Assembly: GCA_963843845.1 (NCBI GenBank) | Contig: CAWJMB010000003.1 | Coordinates: forward strand, 128,001-192,000 | Reading direction: 5' to 3' | Length of the DNA: 64,000 nt | Source: an uncultured Gemmatimonadaceae bacterium | GTDB taxonomy: Bacteria; Gemmatimonadota; Gemmatimonadetes; Gemmatimonadales; Gemmatimonadaceae | Shown here: one piece after another, positions 56,096-64,000 of the stretch | Position numbering within the stretch: position 1 is the first letter of the stretch | Layout of the letters: each line of letters opens with the position of its first letter | Notes under the pieces: model-generated | Database searches by the model: none | What the model saw: only the letters and a program-made list of their open reading frames with translations | What the model was told of the DNA's origin: nothing | Made by a program: the position numbers and the translations under genes

Positions 56096-57378
56096 ATGCC
56101 AGATTATCAGAACATCTTCACGCGCGTCCAGGTCCGCACCGTGCCCGACTGGGGCGTGCCGATCGACCAGTCGCAGTGGACCCGGACGTTCCGCCCCGAT
56201 TTCAGCTACTGGCTCGGCAAGATCGGCGACTCGCAGGTGGGGCCGATCTACCTCGGACGCAGCGGCGTGCTGTCGCTCGTCTTCGGCTTCCTCGCCTTCG
56301 AGATCATCGGGCTGAACATGTGGGCGTCGGTCGGCTGGGACCCGGTCGAGTTCGTGCGACGCCTGCCGTGGCTCGCGCTCGAGCCGCCGCCCCCGGCTAC
56401 GGACTCGCCCTGCCGCCGCTGAACCAGGGCGGGTGGTGGCTCATGGCGGGCTTCTTCCTCACCGTGTCGATCCTGCTCTGGTGGGTGCGCATCTACCGGC
56501 GCGCGAAGGCGTTGGGCCTCGGGATGCACCTGCCGTGGGCGTTCGCCTCGGCGATCTTCCTCTATCTCTCGCTGGGCTTCATCCGCCCGCTCCTCATGGG
56601 GAGCTGGGGTGAGGCGGTGCCGTTCGGCATCCTGCCGCACCTCGACTGGACGGCGGCGTTCTCGATCCGCTACGGGAACCTGTTCTACAACCCGTTCCAC
56701 ATGCTGTCGATCGCCTTCCTGTACGGATCGACGCTGCTCTTCGCCATGCACGGCGCGACGATCCTCGCGACGAGCCGGCTCGGCTCCGACCGCGAGCTCG
56801 AACAGATCACCGACCGCGGCACCGGCACCGAGCGCTCGATGCTGTTCTGGCGCTGGACGATGGGGTGGAACGCGACGATGGAATCGATTCACCGCTGGTC
56901 GTGGTGGTTCGCGTTCCTCACGACCTTCACCGGGGCGATCGGCATTCTGCTCACCGGCACGGTCGTCGACAACTGGTACCTCTGGGGCGCGAAGCACGGC
57001 ATCGCGCCCGAGTACCCGGCCACGATCTCGATCTCGCCGGAGAAGGTGAACGACCTGCGTGGGATCTACATGGGCGCGCCGCCCGACACGATGCCCGGCC
57101 TCAACACGCGGTTCGTCGCGCCGACGCCGAGTCAGGCCGCGCCAGGAACGCCGTTCCCGGCCGGCGGAGTGGCTCCCGCGGGCGTGGACCTGACGAACGC
57201 GACGACGCCGCCCCCGCAGGTCAACCAGGTGCCGGCCGACACGACCGTTCGCTCGATCCAGCCGGGAAATCCGAACATCCCGCCGAACAACGTGCCTAAC
57301 CCACGGTCGGCGTCACCGCAGACGCGCCCGCCGACTCCCACGCGGCCGGCGACTCCCGCCGGAGGAGCGCGCCCGTGA
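56096..57378 (+). CDS. pufM: Reaction centre M subunit with long Pro-rich C-terminal extension; 1-base frameshift in the C-run near 56390
   Basis: [62 protein letters not shown]. Confidence 0.95.
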
Positions 57379-58484
57379 GACCGACACGCGACACTGTTCC
57401 CGGCGCCGTCGTCGCCCTCTGCGCCTTCGCGATCCTCGCACTCTCCGCGTGCGAGGGGGGGCGGAAGGAGACGATCCAGGTCGGCTACCGCGGCCTCGCG
57501 CAGGAGCTCAACTACGACAAGAGCGAGCTGACCGCGCTCGCCGCGGCCAACGTGGCCCCCGCGTCGCTCGCGCCGGCGACGCCGTCGATCCCCGGCGTCT
57601 ATCAGAACGTCCAGGTGCTCACCGGGCTCGACGCGAACGAGTTCAGTCGCACGATGCTCGCGATGACGCAGTGGGTGTCGCCGAAACAGGGGTGCGCCTA
57701 CTGCCACGTCGCGAACTTCGCGTCCGACTCGCTCTACTCGAAGCGCGTGGCGCGCCAGATGCTCGCGATGACGCGCGACATCAACGCGAACTACCGCTCG
57801 CACGTCGCGCAGACCGGCGTCACCTGCTACTCGTGCCACCGCGGGCAGCCGGTGCCCCCGGCCGGCATCTGGTACTACACCGACGAGAACCAGTATCTGC
57901 GCTACCTCGTCGACCGGCCGGACATCCGCATCCAGTCGTACACGGCCGGCGCGACGAGCGCGAACTACAGCTCGATCAAGCAGACCGAGAACGTCTACGC
58001 GATGATGACCGTGATGTCGCGGGCGATGGGCGTGAACTGCACCTACTGTCACAACAGCCGCTCCTGGGCGACGTGGCAGAACGCGCCGCCGACGCGCATC
58101 ACCGCACTCTACGGCGCACGCATGACGCGCTACCTCAACACCAACTACCTCGCGCCGCTGCGAGAGATCTTCCCGAACTACCGCCTCGGCTCGCACGGCG
58201 ACGTTCCGAAGTTGCAGTGCATCACCTGCCACCAGGGCGTCTACAAACCGCTCTTCGGCGCGCAGATGGCGAAGGACTACCCGGCGCTCTGGGGCTTCGC
58301 TGGATCGTGGACGGATGCGCAACCGGGAGACACGGCGCGCGCGGGGTACGTCGATCTGCGCAACGCGGACTCGATCTCCGCGGACGGTGCGCCGCTCCTG
58401 CCGCCGGTGATTCCGCGGTCGTACCCGGCGCCGAAGCCGGCGCCCGGTGTCACCAGCCCGATGAGCACGGCCGGCCAGCCGTGA
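57375..58484 (+). CDS. pufC: Tetraheme reaction-centre cytochrome c subunit
   Basis: Lipobox LSAC; four CxxCH motifs (CAYCH, CYSCH, CTYCH, CITCH); QVGYRG, MTQWVSP. Confidence 0.96.
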   Translation: MRPTRDTVPGAVVALCAFAILALSACEGGRKETIQVGYRGLAQELNYDKSELTALAAANVAPASLAPATPSIPGVYQNVQVLTGLDANEFSRTMLAMTQWVSPKQGCAYCHVANFASDSLYSKRVARQMLAMTRDINANYRSHVAQTGVTCYSCHRGQPVPPAGIWYYTDENQYLRYLVDRPDIRIQSYTAGATSANYSSIKQTENVYAMMTVMSRAMGVNCTYCHNSRSWATWQNAPPTRITALYGARMTRYLNTNYLAPLREIFPNYRLGSHGDVPKLQCITCHQGVYKPLFGAQMAKDYPALWGFAGSWTDAQPGDTARAGYVDLRNADSISADGAPLLPPVIPRSYPAPKPAPGVTSPMSTAGQP

Positions 58485-58593
58485 GTCGACACGAGGGAAC
58501 GAGCCCGGGAGCGCCCATCGCGAGGCGCGCCCGGGCTCGTCGTTCGTGCGCGAGGTCGCGTCGCGCTCGTGTCGGCGTCGCGACGCCGACACG

Positions 58594-58863
58594 ATGAGCC
58601 TCGATCCGGTCGTCGTGCTGCACGCGGCGCTCGTCGTGCTCGCGCTCGAGGTCGCGGTGCTCGCGTGGCGGGCGCGCGACGCGCGACTGCGCGTGACGCT
58701 GCTCTCGTTCCTCGGCGCGGGTGCCTCGCTGCTGCTCGCGGCGATCGTGGCGCTCGTGTACGGGCCGACGGCATGGTTCTACGCACTGCTCACGTTCGGT
58801 GGCGTGACGCAGGCGTGGCACCTCCGCCGACTCTGGAGCCTCGGCGCCTCCCCCTGGTCGTAG
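58594..58863 (+). CDS. Small membrane protein resembling a conserved photosynthesis-cluster hypothetical
   Basis: 89 aa, about 3 TM helices, LALE..VL, LGAGASLLLA pattern. Confidence 0.55.
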   Translation: MSLDPVVVLHAALVVLALEVAVLAWRARDARLRVTLLSFLGAGASLLLAAIVALVYGPTAWFYALLTFGGVTQAWHLRRLWSLGASPWS

Positions 58864-58893
58864 CGACCGACGCCGCGCGGGCAGCGCCGGTCG

Positions 58894-59349
58894 TCAGCGC
58901 GAGCCGAGGAGCTCCGCGAACGCCGCCGCGTTCGTCCCGCCGAACGCCGACAGCTCGACATGCTGCCCCGTGAGCGAGTCGTCGAGCGTGATCCGGCCGT
59001 CGCTCCACCGGGCGAGTGTCATCGGTTGCTCGGCGGTGAGTCCGCGCATACGGCGCCCACGGGCGACGGCGCGCAACGTGCCGCGGATGAAACCGCTCGT
59101 GCCCGGCGCGAGCACCTCGACGACGGCGCCGCGCGCGTCGAGCACGCGAACGCTGCCGTCGGTCTGATCCTCGAAGCGGAGCGCGCGCGCCAGCACGACC
59201 GACGTCCCGGGCAGCACCGCCGTGCCTCCGGAGCGCGTCGCCCGCGCGACGGCGGCGATGGCGATCGTGAGCACGGCGATCCCTGCGGTCGCGACGCGAA
59301 GTCCGAGCGGCAGCGTCCGATCGGACGACCGCCGCCGCGGGGCATACAT
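58894..59349 (-). CDS. puhC: Photosynthetic complex assembly protein PuhC
   Basis: TM helix, RALRFEDQTDGSV, GFIRG.LR...R.R, LDDSLTG..VELSAFGGTN. Confidence 0.92.
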   Translation of the reverse strand: MYAPRRRSSDRTLPLGLRVATAGIAVLTIAIAAVARATRSGGTAVLPGTSVVLARALRFEDQTDGSVRVLDARGAVVEVLAPGTSGFIRGTLRAVARGRRMRGLTAEQPMTLARWSDGRITLDDSLTGQHVELSAFGGTNAAAFAELLGSR

Positions 59350-59351
59350 CG

Positions 59352-60140
59352 TCACGCGGCCGTGCGCTCCACCGACGCGTGTGCCGCCGGTGCGGACTCC
59401 GCCGGTGCGGACTCCTCGGCTGTCGCGCACTCGGTCGGCGCGGACTCCGGTGCGCGGGTCGCCGCGCCGGCGACGAGTGCCGCGACGGTCGACGCATCCC
59501 GTACGCAGCGAAACGCCGGGCGCGGGCGGCTGAAGAAGAATGGGCGCGCGTGCGGCCAGAGCAGGATGTACGCGATCCGGTCGGTGCCGCCCAACGTGAA
59601 CGTGATGTCCGCGACGTCGCCGCGCCGGCGGATGTCGGCCGACTCGACGGTGTCGAGCGGGATGTTGAAGTACGTCGGCAGCGCGACGCCGACGCGCATC
59701 GCGACGCGCCGCGTCGTCAGGGCGTAGACGGTCGAGCGCGCGATGAGCCGGGCGAGCACACGAAGGAAGAGCACCGTCATGACGCCCAACGGAACGACCC
59801 ACGCCGACGCGCGCAGCGCCGCCTCGCCGTGCCGCCCCGCCGGCGCGGACACCGCCGGCACGATCACGAGCAGCGAGAAGTAGATCGCGATCGCCCGCGC
59901 GTGCAGCACGTGCCGCGCGACCCCGCGCTCGTCGGGCGCGCCGACCCAGAGCACCCGCTCGCCGAGCGGCAGGCGCGAGGCGAAGCCGGGGATCTGCTCG
60001 CCCCCGGCCTCCGACGACTCGACGGCCGCCGACGTGTCCGGCCCACCCTCTCGCCGACGGTCGTGCGCCGGGGAGTACGGTGCGAACGTGACGTCGGCCT
60101 CGTCCGCGCGGTCCGCCGGCGGGCGCAGCATCGTGCTCAT
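59352..60140 (-). CDS. puhB: Photosynthetic complex assembly protein PuhB
   Basis: LPLGERVLWVGAP, TVYALTTRRVAMRVGVALP, IAY..LWPHARP. Confidence 0.92.
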   Translation of the reverse strand: MSTMLRPPADRADEADVTFAPYSPAHDRRREGGPDTSAAVESSEAGGEQIPGFASRLPLGERVLWVGAPDERGVARHVLHARAIAIYFSLLVIVPAVSAPAGRHGEAALRASAWVVPLGVMTVLFLRVLARLIARSTVYALTTRRVAMRVGVALPTYFNIPLDTVESADIRRRGDVADITFTLGGTDRIAYILLWPHARPFFFSRPRPAFRCVRDASTVAALVAGAATRAPESAPTECATAEESAPAESAPAAHASVERTAA

Positions 60141-60607
60141 ACGAGCGGCTCGCTGCGCGAGGGCGTCGCGTACAGATACCCGCCGGCGAAGTACGCCATG
60201 ATCCGATCCTCTTCGAGGAGCGTGATCCGATCGGGGCTGGCGGTCGCCGGCACGTCCGCGAACTGCGACGCCAGCACCGCCTTCACGGTGATCGTTCCCG
60301 TGCGCGCGTGCACCTTCGCGAACGGCACCGGCAGCAGCACGCTCCGCCCGTTCACGTCGATCTCGAAGAAGCGCAGCTGCGGCTCCGCGCGGTCGACCCA
60401 CACGTCGCTCACGACCCCCGCGCTCATGCCGTCGGCGCCGAGCACCGTCATGCCACGCGGATCGGGATCGCGCGGGGCGATGAAATAGTCGGTCGCGACG
60501 CGCATGGGGACGATGCGCGGCGTGCCGTGGTACGTGAGGTCGGGCACGTCGGCGCGGTTGGCGTATGCCGCGGGGCCCATGTTGCTGAGGAGGTGCGACG
60601 TGCTCAT
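60137..60607 (-). CDS. puhA: Reaction centre H subunit, cytoplasmic PRC-barrel part (split puhA, second gene)
   Basis: [54 protein letters not shown]. Confidence 0.9.
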   Translation of the reverse strand: MSTSHLLSNMGPAAYANRADVPDLTYHGTPRIVPMRVATDYFIAPRDPDPRGMTVLGADGMSAGVVSDVWVDRAEPQLRFFEIDVNGRSVLLPVPFAKVHARTGTITVKAVLASQFADVPATASPDRITLLEEDRIMAYFAGGYLYATPSRSEPLV

Positions 60608-60819
60608 GCGCGGTGGTCCTCGGCGGCAGGACGGTGAATGAACTGCTTCGGCTCGGGCGGCATCGGGAACCCGTTCGCGACGCGGTTCGGGTCGTCGGTC
60701 AGGAGCGGATAGCCCTCGCGCTTGTCCTCGCGGCGCAGGTAGTAGACGAGGCCGAAGAAGAACAGCCAGAACGCGTAGAGCGCGAGCTGCGCAAGGTCGA
60801 AGTAGCCGAGCGAGTACAT
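60604..60819 (-). CDS. puhA: Reaction centre H subunit, transmembrane part (split puhA, first gene)
   Basis: [35 protein letters not shown]...PEPKQF; AGGAG RBS. Confidence 0.9.
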   Translation of the reverse strand: MYSLGYFDLAQLALYAFWLFFFGLVYYLRREDKREGYPLLTDDPNRVANGFPMPPEPKQFIHRPAAEDHRA

Positions 60820-60868
60820 GTGGTGAACTCCTGTCCCTCGGGTGACGATCAGACGGCCGAACGACGGC

Positions 60869-60906
60869 GGTGCGGGGTGCGGCGGGGTGCGGCGGGGTGC
60901 GGCGGG
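60869..60906. repeat. 10-bp tandem repeat GGCGGGGTGC in the lhaA-puhA intergenic region
   Basis: Direct reading, about 3.5 units. Confidence 0.7.
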
Positions 60907-60931
60907 TAGTGTGGCGGCGAGACGTTTCGGA

Positions 60932-62364
60932 CTAGCCCGGCAACTCGGCGAGTCCGAACCGCCGCTCGGTTCCACGCGCCGCGCGAGCGGGGAGCGCGAG
61001 CGGTCCGAGCGCGACGAGGGTGGCGAACAGCAGCACGATTTCGACGTGATAGACGATGCTGTACGGCACCGACGGTGCGTTCAGCGCGGCGCCCAACGCG
61101 CCGGAGCTGGTGACGCGCGCGGCGACGTCGCGTACCAGCGCGCCGACCAGCAGCGCGGCACCCCCGCACGTCGCCTGCACGGCGCCCCACGCGCCCAACG
61201 CACGCCGCTCGTCAGCGAGCGTTGCAGATCCATGACTCGCACGAGCGTGCTCACCGCGACCAGTCCGCCGCCGAGGCCGATGCCGACCGCGCCGACGCGA
61301 AAGAGCGGCGCGGAGGCGAGTGGCGCCGCGAAGATCACGGCGGCGAACGCCCCGATGCCGATCACGACGCCGGCGCCGGCGAGCCGGATCGGGTCGGCAC
61401 CGCGCTCGAGCCGGCGCGCGGCCACCGCGAACGCGGCGATCGACCCGGCCGCCGTGAGCGCCGTGAGCGCCGACGTCGCGCCGACCCCGAGGTGAAGCAC
61501 CTGGCCGCCGTACGGCTCGAGCAGAATGTCCTGCATCCCGAACGCCGCGGCGCCGAGCCCGACGCCGACGAGCAGGCGCACGGCGCCGGGAATCTCCGAC
61601 AGCGTGCGAAGCGCCGCGCGGATGTCGAGCGGTCGCTCGCCAGTGTCGGACGGTTCGCGGCGCCGCCGCGGTTCCTGCTTCCACAGCGCCAGTAAGTTGA
61701 GCGCCATGGTGACGGCGGCGGCGCCCTGCACGACCTGGATGAGACGGATCTGGCTGAACGGGGTGAGCAGTCTCCCCAGCAGCGACGCGCTGACGACGAG
61801 CCCGGCGAGCTGCTGAAGGTGCAGCAGCGCGATCGCTCGTGGCCGGGCGTGTGCCGGCGCGAGGTCGGTCGCGAGCGCGAGCCCCGCCGTCTGCGTCGTG
61901 TGCACGCCGATGCCGACGAGCGTGAACGCGAGCGCCGCCCCGATCAGCGCCGCGGCGCGCGACCCGTTCGTGTCGCCGGAGAGCAGGATGAGCGCGAACG
62001 GGAGGATCGCGAGCCCGCCGAATTGCAACAGCGTCCCGAACCAGAGATACGGCACGCGCCGCCACCCCAACACCGAGCGGTGCGCGTCCGACCGCACACC
62101 GACGAGCGCGCGCAGCGGCGCGACGAGCACCGGCAGCGCGACCATCGCCGCGATGAGCGACGACGAGATGTGCAGCTCGACGATCATCACGCGGTTGAGC
62201 GTGCCGTTCAGCAGCGCGATCGCGAGGCCGACCGAGACCTGGAACAGGCCGAGCCGCAGCAGCCGGAGCAGCGGCAGCTCGGCCGTGGCCGCGTCCGCGA
62301 ACGGTAGCCACCGCGTGCTGACCTGCATCCACCCCCGGACGAGACGACTCGGCGCGGCGCTCAT
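60932..62364 (-). CDS. lhaA: LH1 assembly protein LhaA (PucC/BCD-family MFS), frameshift near 61215
   Basis: [66 protein letters not shown]. Confidence 0.92.
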
Positions 62365-62368
62365 GCGA

Positions 62369-63455
62369 TCACCACACCGGCGCCAGGCGCATGTCGGCGG
62401 GGAGCACGTTCTTCCGCACGCGCATGACGTACGCGCGGCCTAACGTCATCGCGACGTCGGTCACGAGCAGCGCGCGCTGCACGCGCCCGACGAGACCGCC
62501 GCGCCGCTTCGCGAGCTCGATCCGCTCCGCGTTCTTCGACACGCGGTCGAGCAGCGCCCAGAACTTCGGGTTCTCGACGTCCAGGCTGACGGGGAAGACC
62601 TGCTGGCTGATGAGACTCGTCAGCTTGATGACGCGGCGGTCGTAGTCGTCGACGTCGAAGCCCATCGCCTCGAAGAACTCGTGCCGCTGGTGGTCGCGCA
62701 CGTACATCGTCGCGAACACGGCGAGCAGGAAGAAGCGGATCCACAGCTTGTTGCGCCCCTCGAGCAGCTCGGGGTTCGCGCGCATGAGCATCGCGAACGC
62801 CTCGCCGTGGCGGAACTCGTCGTGGCACCACTTCTCGAACCACTTGAAGATCGGGTGGAAGCGCGTGCTCCGGCTGCTCGTCCATCCGCCGGAAGATCGT
62901 GATGTAGCGCGCGTAGCCGATCTTCTCCGACAGGTACGTCGCGTAGTAGATGAATTTCGGCTGGAAGAACGTGTACTTCTTCGCCTTCGTGAGGAACGAG
63001 AGGTCCACCGCGACGTCGAAGTCGGCGAGCGTGCGGTTGATGAAGCCGGCGTGGCGTCCCTCGTCGCGGCTCATGAGCCCGAAGAGCTCGCGCACGTCGG
63101 GGTTCTTCACGCGCTTCTTGATCTCCGCGTAGAGGATGCACCCCGAGAACTCGGCCGTGACGGAGCTGACGAGGAAGTCGATGAACTGGCGGCGCAGTGC
63201 CGGCGGCATCGCGGAGAAGTCCGCCTCGAACTCCTCGGTGCGTTTGAAGTGATCCTTGTTCGGATCGCGTCGGAACTCGGCGACGAGCGCGTCCCACATC
63301 TCGCGCACCGGTTCGACGTTCAGCGCGTCGAGTTTCCCGTAATCGGTCGTGTAGAATCGCGGCGCGAGGACGGCGTCCTCGTGCGCCTGGCGGGTCGACT
63401 CGCTCGGCGCGGCCGGGGCGAACGCGGCGTAAGTAGGCATCGCACTCGTGGTCAT
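62369..63455 (-). CDS. acsF: Aerobic Mg-protoporphyrin IX monomethyl ester cyclase, frameshift near 62870
   Basis: [52 protein letters not shown]. Confidence 0.95.
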
Positions 63456-63467
63456 CGGGTCTGCGCG

Positions 63468-63809
63468 TCAGCCTTCGAAGCCGACTTCATAGAGCTCGTG
63501 AATCGCCGTGCCGCCGGTGAGGCGCACGAACTGCCGCTTGAGCCAGCTCGCCGGCCACACCGTCGCCGTGGCCGTCATCGTCGTCTGCGTGCCGTGCGGG
63601 ATGCGCGTCGGCGCTCCGTGCACGAGCACCGTGTCGCCGGGCTCGATCAGCGTCGTGTCGGGGAGCTGCACGTGGGCGTGAAAGTGGGCCTGCGTCGCCT
63701 CGAGGTCGAGGGTGCAGGGAACCTCGTGTGGCGTCGAGTGCGCGTACCACGCGGCGAGCGCGAGCCACGCGACGACGAGCGCGACGACCACGAGTAGTGC
63801 GGTGAGCAC
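63468..63809 (-). CDS. bciE: BciE-like cyclase accessory protein with N-terminal TM helix
   Basis: EVPCT..., FHAHV, PGDTVLVHGAP, TATV..AS.L.R..VRLTG...ELYEVGF; directly upstream of acsF. Confidence 0.75.
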   Translation of the reverse strand: MLTALLVVVALVVAWLALAAWYAHSTPHEVPCTLDLEATQAHFHAHVQLPDTTLIEPGDTVLVHGAPTRIPHGTQTTMTATATVWPASWLKRQFVRLTGGTAIHELYEVGFEG

Positions 63810-63821
63810 GAGTCGATTCTC

Positions 63822-64000
63822 CTAGTGCGACGGGGGCGCGAGGTCGGCCGGCGACAGCAGCTCCATCGCCTGCGACGTGTAGAACCCGGTGCCGACGCGG
63901 CGCGTGCGCCCCACCGTCCACCGGCCTAACGAGTCTGCACCGGAGATTCCGCGGCGCAAGGTGAGCTCGTCCACTGGCTCGATCGCCGGCGCGCGGTCCC
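63822..64000 (-). CDS. bchM: Mg-protoporphyrin O-methyltransferase, C-terminal part (runs off the window)
   Basis: Hand translation DRAPAIEPV...GRTRRVGTGFYTSQAMELL...stop at 63822. Confidence 0.85.
   Translation of the reverse strand, partial: DRAPAIEPVDELTLRRGISGADSLGRWTVGRTRRVGTGFYTSQAMELLSPADLAPPSH

Noticed and set aside
55435..57378. PufL-PufM fusion
   Set aside because: pufL has its own stop at 56083 and pufM its own start at 56096; the long ORF is the post-frameshift frame extended upstream
60604..60607. puhA break as another sequencing frameshift
   Set aside because: A clean ATGA overlap with an RBS, and precedent for split H subunits, favour two real genes

Overview
Very GC-rich bacterial DNA, most consistent with a phototrophic Gemmatimonadota. 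This is an inference from gene order: bchO inverted between bchZ and pufB, acsF between bchM and lhaA/puhA, a split puhA, puhE displaced behind bchID, and SusC/SusD, ADOP-PadR and VPS10-type genes on the left. 1-35 kb is a mixed heterotrophic region: K+/H+ antiporter, osmoprotectant ABC transporter, peptidases, TPR-GGDEF, SusC/SusD-amidohydrolase locus, a microbial-RNase-like orphan and an Imm50-like orphan. 35-43.3 kb holds a SAM-II-riboswitch-led metX-metB pair and a hemE-C-D-B-L operon with a PpsR-type box. 43.4-64 kb is part of a type-2 photosynthesis gene cluster: puhE-bchD-bchI <- -> crtF-bchCXYZ, bchO, pufBALMC, puhCB, split puhA, lhaA, acsF, a bciE-like gene and the 3' end of bchM. Throughout the window the heptamer GTTAGGC/GCCTAAC recurs at least 25 times, mostly by forcing rare TTA codons into genes. 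Many genes carry single-base frameshifts, which are probably long-read or assembly errors. All calls come from reading the sequence and from remembered family motifs; no searches were run.
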